NCBI RefSeq assembly: GCF_006345805.1
Contig: NC_043001.1
Location: 33,728,001 to 33,792,000 of the forward strand
Direction of reading: 5' to 3'
From: Octopus sinensis
Taxonomy: Eukaryota
DNA: 64,000 bases
Of the stretch, positions 41,764 through 54,300 are shown piece after piece. Positions within the stretch are counted from its first letter, which is position 1, and each line of letters opens with the position of its first letter. A model generated the notes under the pieces. That model did no database searches. It had not been told where the DNA came from and saw only the letters and a program-made list of their open reading frames with translations. A program made the position numbers and the translations under genes.

Positions 41764-43293
41764 GGTTGTATGTATATATGTACAGACGTATGCATGCATG
41801 CATACATATGTATGTACTGGAGAGAGAGTAAGTGAGATGTGCTTTCATCTACTTCCCATGCTAAAATGGGTTGGACAGTTCATCACAGTTTGAGCCAGGT
41901 CTTTTTCACAATTACTGTCCTCCTAGATAGCCTAGAGAGCCTGCATCTCACTTGGATGTTCTAAGGTATATACATATCCATAATGTGTATTCATATATAT
42001 ATATATATATATATATACGTGTGTGTGGGTCTGTAGCATATTTATGTATGTATACATGAAGACATGCTGCTCAACATTCATTTCCCCATGTTTTGGCAAA
42101 TTTGGATAGTTGCACAATGTGGGAACAACTCGATACTATTTTCAATGAAAAGCATCAACCCAAAATTGAACAACCATTTTGTGAGCTAGGCAAACTGAGC
42201 TAAGCAGAGTTATGTGCCTTATTCCAAGACAATACATTCAATGTAGCAAGACAGAGAACTGAAACATTATTACCGTGTATCATTAAGGCAGAACTGGCAG
42301 AATCGTTAGCACGCTGGATGAAATTCTTAGCGGTATTTCACCCGTTGCTCCATTCTGAGTTCAAATTCCACCAAAGTTGACTTTGCCTTTCATCCTTTTC
42401 GGGGTCGATAAAATAAGTACCAGTTGAAGACTGGGGTCGATGTAAATCAACTCATCCCCTCCCCCAAAACTGCTGCCCTTGAGGCAAAATTTGAAACTAT
42501 TATTACTGTGCATCATTGAGTACAAACAATTCAATGCCTTTCTTTATATATTGGTTTTGTGACACTATGACATTCCTTTAAAAATGCAGGTTTCTGATGA
42601 GTACATATTTGAAGGGATAACAGAAATAAAAGGGTAGCTACATTGTCTTTTTTATGATGTAAATTTGAGGCAAAATTAAAAGGTGATTTTTAAAATTTAA
42701 TTATTTTTAATGGGAAATATAGAGTTTCAGCACAGAAATGTGTGAGGTGGTTTTAGGAAGACTGTGAATACTTTGTGAGGTATACTTGCCATCGCAATAT
42801 GGCTAACCACTAAGGGTGGGTATTACTGTAGCTAGTAGCCCCCGTTCAGAGATTTATTATTGTGAATACTTTATTTTGCCCAAATGAAGTAGATAGTTGC
42901 CATAACTGCACTTTTAGATATAAGAGATATGTACTTCAGAAGAAGATACATGGCTTAATGAGTAGCCAGAATTATAACCTTGGTACAGGCAATATACTGT
43001 GAACCCAGTCAAACAATTAGTAAATAAACTCAATATATGACTTTTAGAAAAGGAAGGCATTTAGAAAAATGTCACTGAGTACAAACTTCAGCAAATTGTA
43101 TAAACTTGATTTTAATATACAGCAAAATAGGAAAACACTTTTCCAAACTTATTATTTTGGTCCTAGGATAAGGTAGAATAACTAACCAGGAAATACATGT
43201 ACTATCCTAAATAAATTAAGAACCTTTGCAAAAGACTATTTCTTCCAAAACAGAAAAGCTGATGTCGTTGAAGAAATAATATAAAGTACAAAA

Positions 43294-43514
43294 GGCGGCG
43301 AGCTGGCAGAATCGTTAGCATGCCAGGTGAAATGCATAGCCGTATTTCATCTGCCGTTACGTTCTGAGTTCAAATTCTGCCGAGGTCGACTTTGCCTTTC
43401 ATCCTTTCGGGGTCGATAAATTAAGTACCAGTTATACACTGGGGTCGATGTAATCGACTTAATCCTTTTGTTTGTCCCCTCTATGTTTAGCCCCTTGTGG
43501 GTAATAAAGAAACA
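43294..43514 (+). mobile_element. tRNA-derived SINE family B, full length and young
   Basis: Head ggcggcgagctggcagaatcgttagc...gagttcaaattc, core gtcgactttgcctttcatcctttcggggtcgataaattaagtaccag; perfect 16-bp TSD aatataaagtacaaaa at 43278-43293 and 43515-43530. Confidence 0.93.
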
Positions 43515-46063
43515 AATATAAAGTACAAAAATGGCACATTGAAGGAGTAAAAAAATGCTTCTGATAAAAACCTCCACACAACAAATTCTTAATATAGTAT
43601 AATTGTTCAGGTAGCACTATGTTTGTTAACTAAAAATACATGACAAAGCTTGCAATAATATTAGAAATTTTTCTCAACATCAGCTCACCTCAACTACTAA
43701 AATGGTATTAGAATAATAATGATGATGATGACAACGACCATGCCAGTAGCAATGATGACACTGACAAAAATAAACCTATATATGATGGCATTTAGCCCGA
43801 CATTTAATATTATTAAAGAACTGACATTCTAAACATATTAGATTTAGAGACATATTTCAAACTTTTTGAAGTTGAATCTAATAATTCATATCAATTGACC
43901 TTTAATCTCTTCAAATAATATACAAAGATATTAATATTTTGCTTGTTGGTGACAAAACAACTTTAAGTTCTTATTTTAGAAAAAGAGACTGAATAACTTT
44001 CTAGAATGTTGTAGGCATAAAGTTTTAGCAAGAGCTAAAGTGATTTGATTAGGAATAAAATATTCATACTTTCATATTTCTTTGAGCTTCTCCCCAAATA
44101 TATATATATATATAAATAAGGTAGCTATGATGTTAGATTATCATAGCCAATTATATAATATAGCAAAATGTTAAACTAGACTATAGTTTGTACAGTCACA
44201 TATTTGATTATTTCTATGGATTCTTAACAAGAAACAGAAAGCATGGGATATCTATAGGTCAAACAGGGAAATTTTACAAAAGGTTGCAGTTTTGGAGGGG
44301 AAATATTGAGGTAAAAGAAGAGTTTTAGAACATAGTTTGAGGATGCAAAACATATTAGAGGTGGAAAAAGCAGGGTGGGGGTATGGAACACCCAGAGAAC
44401 CAGTTTGTTAATTTAGAGGGGCAAGAATCATTGTAGCATGAGTAGATGAGACATAGCAAACTAATTGTGAATGCATCATCATTTAATGTCTGTTGTCCAT
44501 GCTGGCATGTGTTGGACGGTTTGACCAGGGCTGGCAAGCTGGAAGGCTGCACTAGACTCCATTGGCTTGGTTTCTATGGCTGGATGCCCTTCCTAATGGC
44601 AACCACACCGAGAGTACAATGGGTGCTTTTAAGTCCCACTGGCATGGGTGCCATTTGCATGACACCAGTATCTGTCATGACTACGGTTTTACTTGGCTTG
44701 ATGGGTCTTCTTCTCAAGCATGGCATAATGGCAAAGATCTTGGACATTTGTCATTGCCTCCACGAGGCGCAACACTCGAAAGATGCTTTTTATGTACCCC
44801 CCAGCACGAGTGCCAGTTATGTGACACTAGCATCAGCCACAACCACGATTTCACTTGGTTTGACAGATCTCCTCAAATACAGTATATCGCCAAAGGTCTT
44901 GGTCTCGGTCAAAGTAGAAAAGAAAGATTAAGGGAAACATCTAAACTGCATGTACATTAGCTTGGGAACATCTTACCCTCAATAAAAATCAACTGACAAC
45001 TTAGTTTGTTAAGATCTTATATGTTACCATCATCATTTTAATATCTAGTTTTCCTTGCATAGGTCAGACAAGAGTATGTTGAGGCAGAGTTTTATTGTAG
45101 CTGGAAATCTTTCCTGTCACTAACTCCAACTCATTTCCAAGTGAGGTAATAATCTCCCAGCCAATTAAACAAACTAATTATCTGGATAAGCTTTATGCAG
45201 GTAACAGAAAAGAAAGAACACCATTTAAGGAGCCATTTGTTAACAAAGATTACACAGCATGTGAAGACAAGAAGCCTGGATATGCACGGGGTGGACTGCA
45301 AGCCAATGATACCAGCTGGATATCATTGTCTACAAACACAAAAGAAACACACACACACATGCACACATGACACGCTTCATCTGTTTCCATCAACCAAATC
45401 TACTTAGAAAGTTTTGGTCAGTCATGGCTATAGTAAAAGTTATTTTATATACAGTACCATGCAGAGCGACTGAACCCGAAACCACGTGGTCAGGAAACTA
45501 AGTTCTCAATCACATAACCATGGCTGGAAATGAACTAGTTGTTTTTTAATTAATGCATTTTGAAGTATTATTGATCAGCAACACAATTTTAAAGACTAAG
45601 CCAATTTGCTGAATATTAATTATTTATTAGCTTACTATTATATTATTCTTGTTATTCACATCTGTTTCAAAAAAAGAAAAAATGAAAAAAATGATGATGG
45701 GGAGGTGGGATATTTATCGCCTACATCACAAACTGAGTTACTAATTTTCATTTGGTAAACAGCCTAAATGCAGCTGTGTACATCACTTCCAATTTAGGAT
45801 AATCTCCAATTCCTTCCTCCTACAAAGTTCATATGGTTCCAGATGTTAAGCCTTTACTGCGTATATTTACTTTACCTTTGCTTCCAACACAAATTAGATC
45901 TACTGAAGCAGAGCTAACAAAGTCTACTCAACAATATAAACAAATTTTGTGAGTAAATGAAGAAACAATATAGTTACTTGGCCTGCTTCATTTAAGTACC
46001 AAACTTATCTAAATGGAATTACAAGAACTAGTACTGAAAATCTAGAACAGTCCCCCCCCCCTC

Positions 46064-47460
46064 AAAGGATAATGACCATGTACAGGGATGCTACCAGTAA
46101 GGTGACGGTTGGCAATGGGTACAGCGAAGAAATCAGGGTACAAGTAGTCCTCCGGGCAATAACCGAGGAGTTCAAGACAGGTTACACCTGGGAGCTCCTC
46201 TACGCTGATGACCTTGCTCTTATAGCTGAATTACTACTTGAACTAGAAAAGAAGTTTCAGGTATGGAAGCAAGGTCTAGAATCAAAGGGTTTTAGAGTTA
46301 ACCTAGCAAAAACTAAAGTCATAGTAAGTAGGAAGGCAGACAAATCATAAATCCCTTCAGGTAGATGGCCTTACTCAATCTGTAGAAAAGGTGTAGGTAG
46401 AAACTGCATAAGATGCACTCAGTGTAAGCTTTGGACACATAAAGGGTGCAGCAACTAGCTTTTGTATGCAGAAATTGCACAGGTACAATAAACAATGAAA
46501 ATGAGCAGAAAACAGACTCCATTAACTGCCAGGAAGCTAGAGATAGATAATTTCCTAATGGAAACTATCTACTGGAAGTGGAGTTGGATGTACCAAGAGC
46601 ATAACTGTGAGAATAAGATTAGGATGGACAAAGTTCAGGGAACTCCTACTCCTGCTAGTAACAAAGGACCTCTCACTCAGAGTGAAAGGCAGATTGTTTG
46701 ATGTCTGTGTGCGAACAGCTATGATGCATGGCAGTGAAACATGGGCTGTGACAGCCAAGGACATGTTAGGCTTGAAGGAAAGGAAGCCAGTATGCTTCAC
46801 TGGATGTGCAATGTCAGTGTGCATGTTCAGCAGAGTATAAGCATCTTGAGAAAAAAGTTAGGCATAAGAGGCATCAGGTGTAGTGTGCAAGAGAGACGAC
46901 TGTGCTGGTATGGTCATGCGATGTGTATGGAAAAGAACAACTGCGTAAAGAAGTGCCGTTCTCTAACTGTGGAGGGAACCTGTGGTAGAGGTAGACCCAA
47001 GAAGACATGGAAGTGGTGAAGTATGATCTTTGAACTTTGAGCCTCACAAAGGCAATGACTAGTAACCAAAACCTTTGGAGATGTGCTGTACTTGAGAGGA
47101 CCAATCAAGCCAAGTGCACCCATGCTGGTGGCATGTAAAGAACACCTTTCAAGCATTTAGCCTCACAGAGACAAAGTAGTTGGGTTCCTTTCGAACGTTG
47201 GACCTTCTGGAGGCAAAGTGGCTGAATTCCTTTCGAGTGTTGGGCCTCACGGAGGCAATGACTGAGACCTTTGGCATTATATCATGCTTGAGAAGACCCA
47301 TCAAGCCAAGCAAAATCGAAGTTGTGACAGATACCTGTGTCACACAAATTGGCATCCATGCTGGTGGCACATAAAAGTACCCATTACACACTCAGAGTGA
47401 CTGGCGTTAGGAAGGGCATCCAGCCATGGAAAACCATGCCAAATCAGACAGGAGTTTCTT
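46064..47460 (+). mobile_element. 5'-truncated, decayed RTE-clade LINE: RT C-terminal half, internal Cys-rich finger, ORF2 end and 3' UTR
   Basis: WELLYADDLALIAE (YADD motif), WKQGLESKGFRVNLAKTKV, SICRKGVGRNCIRCTQCKLWTHKGCS, VQERRLCWYGHAMCM...GRGRPKKTW; stops, frameshifts and deletion of the GVHQGSVLSP motif. Confidence 0.9.
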
Positions 47461-48174
47461 CTGCATATCAGAAAAGACAAGTGAAGGGGGTTGAGTTAGG
47501 ATTTGCACACCGACCTTGTAAAACTCTTACCAGAAATGACTACCTAAGCAGATCCATGGGTTGGAGGGTTGTCACCTGAGCAGTGCAAAAGTGTTGTCTG
47601 TGAGGAGTAGGGTTTCACTAACAAATGGTGGATGCAGTGTTACAACTCAGGCCCCCATACAACTACTAAAGCTACTGTCTCTAAATCCTAATAAGTATTT
47701 TGATATAGAAGAGTTAAATTTTTCAAGGGAGACAATCGAAACATAAGTCAGATTATGAATATTATAATCATATTTTAATCTTACAGAATAAAAAGTTTTT
47801 ATGTACTTAATTCATTTAGTTGTCCCTGTTCACTGATACAGATAGTGCTGAAAATACTATGGGCACTAGCTCTCCTTCTCAAAGGAAATAGTTAAAGAAA
47901 TACAGAGCAATAACTTCAAGCTTAACAAGGTGGTGAGCTAGCAGAATCATTAGCATGCTAGACAAAATAGTGGCATTTCATCCCTCTTCATGACCTAAGT
48001 TCAAATTCCAATGAGGTTGATTTTGTCTTTCATCCATTCAGGATTGATAAAATAAGTAACAGTTGAAAATTAGAGTCAATGTAATTAACTTTCTCCCTCC
48101 CACAAAACTGCTGGCCTTGTACCAAAACTTGAATCCAATAAAATTAGAAACAAATATAATTTTCAACTTCAATT

Positions 48175-48180
48175 TTTATT
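48175..48180 (-). terminator. Candidate polyadenylation signal AATAAA downstream of the putative terminal exon
   Basis: Plus strand tttatt at 48175-48180; common by chance in AT-rich DNA. Confidence 0.2.
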
Positions 48181-48303
48181 TTCTCAAATGAACTTTTTTG
48201 TTGACCCAAGAAGCATTTTAGTGAACCAGATTAACTATAACAAAGATATTTTCTATTACATTTACAGAAACAAAATGTATCTATGCAGTTAGGCTACGGC
48301 ACA

Positions 48304-48588
48304 TTAGGTGCTGTTCCTCTTCACAGTGATACACAGCACAGTACTTAAGATTAATGAGATTATTGCTGTTACAACTATTTTTATGTATAGATGCTTCTTT
48401 TTACGTTTGCATGTGCTGAGTGGTGGAGGGATTGTATTTTTCAATAAGTAACTGCAGTAGCACTCTGGGTTATTTTGGGGAGGGTGATGATGCATGTAAC
48501 AGCAGAAACTGAGTGGAATGAAGCTTGCTGCTGAAACCAACTGAGACTCTTTTCCTTTTGAGTATCTTAGTTGCATTGCGTGAGAGAA
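48304..48588 (-). CDS. Candidate alternative terminal exon of the GRAMD1 gene (94 aa) ending in a tail-anchor-like segment KRKKKHLYIKIVVTAIISLILSTVLCITVKRNST*
   Basis: Phase-0 acceptor ...cttaacatcatcacagattacatccacAG (AG at 48590-48589), open frame to TAA, AATAAA about 124 nt after the stop. Pyrimidine tract is weak and no homology recognised. Confidence 0.3.
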   Translation of the reverse strand, partial: FSHAMQLRYSKGKESQLVSAASFIPLSFCCYMHHHPPQNNPECYCSYLLKNTIPPPLSTCKRKKKHLYIKIVVTAIISLILSTVLCITVKRNST

Positions 48589-48739
48589 CTGTGGATGTAA
48601 TCTGTGATGATGTTAAGTTTGATGCTCTCTGTATATTATAAAGTGAACAAATAATGGGGGAATCAAGTTTACTGTTTGCAAGTGAATACTGTGTTCTTTC
48701 TGTTGGTCAAATGTTGTTCCTGTGACTACCGTATATTTG

Positions 48740-49093
48740 TATAAAGCACCAACCATTGGTGGTCATTGCCAGCCTACCCTGGCACGTAAAAAGCATCATC
48801 CGTACGTGGCCAATGCCAGCGCCGCCTTGACTAGCTTCTGTGTCGGTGGCACGTAAAAACCAGCAACCGATCATTGCTGTTGCCAGCCTCCCCTGGCACC
48901 TGTGCTGATAGCATGTAAAAAGCACCCACTACACTTACGGAGTGGTTGGCGTTAGGAAGGGCATCCAGCTGTAGAAACACTGCCAGATCAGACTGGAGCC
49001 TGGTGCAGCCTCCTGGCTTCCCAGACCCCGGTCGAACCGTCCAACCCATGCTAGCATAGAAAACGGACGTTAAACGATGATGATGATGATGAT
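48740..49093 (+). mobile_element. Family C RTE-tail retroposon
   Basis: Ends ...ccaacccatgctagcatagaaaacggacgttaaacgatgatgatgatg; CpG-rich. Confidence 0.9.
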
Positions 49094-50496
49094 TGTCTGT
49101 TAAGACTATGAGCTGTCAAAATCATCAGCACGCCAGACAAATGCCATTAAGCATTTCATCCATCTTTACACTCAGAGTTCAAATCCTACCAAGGCCGACT
49201 TTGTGCTTCATATTTTCAGGATCGATAAATAAGTACCAGTCAGGTATTGCGCTCAATGCAATCAACAAATTGTCTTCACCAAAATTTCATGTTTTGTGTC
49301 TGTAGCAGAAAGGATAATTATGTTTTCTGTGAGTGCTTCCCACTATAATTCTTAACATGTTCATGTGGTATGGTACGTTACTGAGTATTTTAAGGTTAGT
49401 TATATCTGAAATTCCCGTTTTGGCTAATTTGCCCCACGTAGCCCTAAAGGAACGGCTTTATTACCGAACACTCCATTTTTTCCAGAGAGTGTATCCGTCA
49501 ATATTTAGATAGCAAGGTACAATTTGAGAGAAATTTGGTTGCTATTTTTAGCAGGTCAATTGACAACATATTAGCTCCTGCATTAGGTTGTATTTTTGTT
49601 TTATTTATTCATTTATTGCTTTCTTATTTTGGTGTATCTACGTGCAGCAAGTAATAAAGGAAGGAAATTAGTAGGCGCAATATTTACTTGTACATGAAGA
49701 GTTATCTCCCTTACAACATATAGCTGTTGATTTCGTATTTTACACGAGTATGATTGAGAGTGATTTTATCAGTGAAGCTCGCCGCTGTCATCGTCACGAT
49801 CGTGTTCGCCAGTGTAACCACCATCGTCCTCAGTCTAATCAATTTTTTTTTGTTTTAAAATTTTTTTAATACATTTTTTCTATACTTTGTGAGTAAAAGA
49901 AGTCAGTTCTGTGAATCAAAGGCAGTCATGGTTTCACTTTACAGAGATCTTACTATATCAAGACATTTGACATTTAAATTAAATTTAAACTGAAGAACCA
50001 ATGAAGTGGCCTTTGTATGAAGTATAGGCAACCTTTTCCAAAAAGCATACTGCATAAAACATGACTCATCATCAGGTGGGCCACAGTACTAAAACAAATT
50101 CAAAGTAATTTCCCATTAGGCATGCCATTCAGAAAGTCTCATAGGCCACAATTTGTTCGCGACTGCTCTGTAGTCAACCTGCTAGAAAACTAGACAAATC
50201 TCCCTCAGATCATATTGTATTGTCTTAAAAACCCACACTGGACAATGCAGTTCTTGCTATCCCGAAAAAGACTGCATAGTTTGAATGTCTTTCAACTTGG
50301 TCTGCTTAATCGAGGCTGCCATGGATCTCAACAACAATAGACATGCTAACAAGAGAGACTATATGGTTGCTCATCCTGCAAAAAGAAGAGGCCAATTCCC
50401 TCTCAAATCAAACTTAACTAGCTTAAGAAAAAAAAGAAGGGTACACTGCTTGAAGTAATCAGTGATACACTATACTGGGATGAGTAAAAGTGAATT

Positions 50497-50803
50497 GTGG
50501 AGGCACATAGCCTAGTATTTAGAGAAGCAGACTTGCGGTTGAGGGATCGCGGGCTCGAATCTCAAGATCAGGCGACGTGTGTTTATGAGCAAAAACACCT
50601 AAGCTCCACACGGCTCTGGCAGAAGATAATGGCAAACTTCTGCTGACTCTTTCGCCACAATTTTCTCTCATTCTTTCCTCCTGCATCTAGCAGCTCACCT
50701 GCAATGGACTGGTGTCCCATCCAGGTGAGGAACCTATATGTCAATGAAACCAAGAAACAAGCCCTTATGAGCCAGGCATGGCTCGAAAAAGCAAAAACAA
50801 CAG
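50497..50803 (+). mobile_element. tRNA-derived SINE with V-SINE-like central motif
   Basis: Head gtggaggcacatagcctagt...ggctcgaatct, motif cctgcaatggactggtgtcccatccagg; 9-bp TSD aagtgaatt at 50488-50496 and 50804-50812. Confidence 0.8.
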
Positions 50804-51193
50804 AAGTGAATTATCAAGGCTGGAAAACCTTTGATCATAGGTCAGGAGAGTTAGTGCAGTTCTGCATCTAAACAACAATTAAATTAGCAATGCTGAATAT
50901 GAGTTTTATTCAGAAGCAAACATTAGCTGAAGTGGCAGGGTGTGAACTAATGAACATGTGGCACCTTAACCTATCTCAAAGAAGTCACCTTTAACATGAT
51001 TTAAACTCAGAAAATAGAGAGAGACTCAAAAAAAATACTACATTACATTTTCCCAATAGTAAAAGACATGTAGCTCTGCTAGCAAATGCCCTTCATTTGC
51101 CACAAAAGACTACTGCAATACAATAGAAAACAAAACTAATATAAACATGTACATGTTGTAAACATGTAGAGACTATGAATAACATTGATTTAC

Positions 51194-51349
51194 CTTTCCA
51201 GCTATACTGCCATCTTCTTTGGTAATATGTCGGTCTCTCAAATAATCAAGACCAGGAGGAGGAACATAATCATCATCACTAGAAGTTAATCCAAGTTCTT
51301 CTCCGTAGCTGATGTGAACCCAATGCCATTGCTCTTGCGGTGTCATTGG
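51194..51349 (-). CDS. GRAMD1B: GRAMD1/Aster-family coding exon immediately after GRAM (PMTPQEQWHWVHISYGEELGLTSSDDDYVPPPGLDYLRDRHITKEDGSIAGK)
   Basis: 156 nt = 52 codons, phase 0/0. Acceptor tttacttgtAG, donor AAG|GTAAAT. Matches the recalled GRAMD1B segment PLCPKELWHFVHQCYGNELGLTSDDEDYVPP and joins in frame to exon 54869-55045. Confidence 0.93.
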
Positions 51350-54300
51350 CTACAAGTAAAAGTACACAAATATATATAATTTATATTTATATTTACATAA
51401 TTAATATAATTAACATAACTGCATTATATAACGAATATTACACACTACAATATAATGTTTATCCTCTGCTTCTGATGGTAACAAAAACAGGGTATTTTCA
51501 TGCAGACCTTATTTATAAAAAGATTTAAGCATTTCCTGAGACAGGAAGACAATGAGTTGATTCCAGAGAAATATTAGTAACTATGAATGAGAAGATTTAA
51601 AACTTTTGAGTGGAAAACATAATATGTTTCAGTATAATATTATTTTGAAGGTTTTCATTAGTGGAACATAGGAAGCAGTACTTTGATAGACTCATCATTT
51701 CAAAACTCAGCTTCTACAACAATGAGACCACACCAAAAAGGTAAGATTAGCCAAATCAGCAAAGTGTTTATTGAAGGACATCTTAAGTTCAGTTGAAACA
51801 GGTGATTACAGATTAAGACAACAAATCATCTGATATTTCACAAAACTGTGATAGCCAAACAAAGTGAAGAAAGTTATTGTATTGAACCATTAAGCAGAGC
51901 AAGGAAAGTATTTCTGTGAATCACAGAATTTTCTTCTGGGCATCTAGCAGTGGTTTCCCAATTACGTTCTGAGTTCAAATTCCACCAAGGTCGACTTTAC
52001 CTTTCATCCTTTTGGGGTCGATAACATACTGCAGTTGATCTGATCACCCCCACCACAACCACCTCCCCAAAAATTTTGGGCCTTGTGCCTAGAATAGAAA
52101 AGGATATTTGCAGATTTTTACAGAGAACACAGTGCTACCAAAAATACGAAGTACCTGACAAGAAATTTAGATTGGTCTGTAGCAAATGATTGAATTACTG
52201 ATTTACGATGAGGAAAATCAAGTTTAGAGATATAGGGTAAAAGAGTAAAAAGCCCCTTCAGTCATGAATGACCATGGGAATGCACCTAGAAAGTTACCCT
52301 TCAAAGCACAAGTCTGGGCAAGGCAGTCGCCCATGCACCAGCCTCCCCTCTCCAATCCACCAATGTTATCCAAAAGAAAAGCAAAGGCTGCTACAGCATG
52401 GCACCAGTGATGTTGCAAATCATTTCTAAAGCTGAGTGAACTGGAGCAATGTGAAATAAAGTGTCTTGCTTGAGAACAAAGCACACAGCTTGGTCCAGGA
52501 ATTGAACTCACTACTTCATGATCGTGAGCTCAATGCTCTAACCACTTAACCATGTGCAGAGACACATAGTTGCATAAAATGATGCAAGCAATTTCCTTTA
52601 GACAACCTGCAGACAGTACAATGCAGCAATAACTAACAATATCTGTTATCACTCTCTTTACCTAATTGACACTTCCTTTAAATGTCATTGACACATGCAA
52701 TGACTTCTGACATTATTGCATTTATTTTATCATTCATCAACTTTAAAGAATCCTTGTATTTAATCATCATTGCAAGACTTCTCCAAAACAGCATCTCTTC
52801 AACCAGTTTGCTATCATCAAGAAATTGTATGTATATATATATATAAATCAAAAGTTGATCCTTTCCATGCCAGCATGGAAAGCCGACGTTAACACGACGA
52901 CGACGATGATGATGATTCAAGTTCATTAACTTCATTGCATCTTAACATTTCTTCTAAGCTTGAGAGTAGTTTTGTTGCTATCAAGGGCAACAACTTTGTT
53001 TACACCAGAATCAGAGACAGATTTAAAGTGGTCATACAATTATCTTCTAATTCAAACTAAATCTCAAAAAAAATTTTAGATAAAAAAGAGAATCACTAAT
53101 TAAACATTAAGTAATCTTTTCTACTCTAGGTACAAGGCTCGAAATTTCTGGGGAAGGAGCCAGTCAATTAGATCGACCCCAAAAAAGGAGAAATTTGCAT
53201 TGTATCTTCCGCATGTATTTTTTCAATGTTGCATGATTTTGATGGGTACTCTTCAGAAACACAGTAACTTGTCAAATTTTGCTGTCCTTTGTCGACTACT
53301 TTGTGATATGCATTTACCACTTCTGTCTATGTCTTTCTTTGTCCTCCTCAACTGCAAGTTTCTTCTACTTGGGTCATTTGGCATTTCTTTAACCTTCATA
53401 TGAATTATGCATCTATACCAACACAGTCTTCTCTATAGCACATTTCAACCACTTTCTCCACCATCCAATTCTCATAGCTCGTGCTCTGTTACTCTTTTAC
53501 TTGCTTCAGTCATGTAACTGTGGACATGCTGGAGCACCGCCTTTAGTCGAGCAAATTGACCCCAGGACTTCTCTTTTGTCGAACGACTAAGTTACGGGGA
53601 CGCAAACACACCAGCATCGGTCATCAAACGATGTTGGGGGGACAAATACAGACACACAAACATATACACACACATATATACGATGGGCTTCTTTCAGTTT
53701 CCGTCTACCAAATCCACTCACAAGGCTTTGGTCGGCCAGAGGCTATAGTAGAAGACACTTGAACAAGGTGCCATGCAGTGGGACTGAACCCGGAACCATG
53801 TGGTTCGTAAGCAAGCTACTTACCACACAGCCACTCCTATGCCTACATGTTGTTCATGAATATTAATACACTTAGGGGAGCATATTTTGTTTCATTCCCC
53901 TCCAGCCTTCATACATTCTCTGCATTTAATGTCTGTATTCTGTTACCATGCAACATCACACTTTATATATAAGCATCAAACAACTTCACAAATTTAAGAA
54001 ACAATTCAACTGCTGAAGGATATTAGCAAAGTTAAATTACTCAAAGATGGAAATTCTTTGTTTTGCCTTCAAGCTTACCTTTTTGTTTAGCCTGTAAGAA
54101 GCTTTTGTCATTGTTTTAAATCAATTACTATATTTTAAAAATTATATTGATTTCTTAATTTTTAGTACAAGATCTAAACTTTAGTAAAAGGTAATCAAGT
54201 TAATTAAATTGACTCCAGTATATTATAATTCTATTGAATCTGGAGAAATGGAAACAAATTCAACACTGGCATGTTTTGAAATCAGAATAGAAGAGACATA

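Noticed and set aside
44446-44960. 161-aa and 132-aa ORFs, also 41501-41893 and 7219-7656
   Set aside because: They lie within family C retroposon copies (LINE 3' UTR sequence); not host genes.
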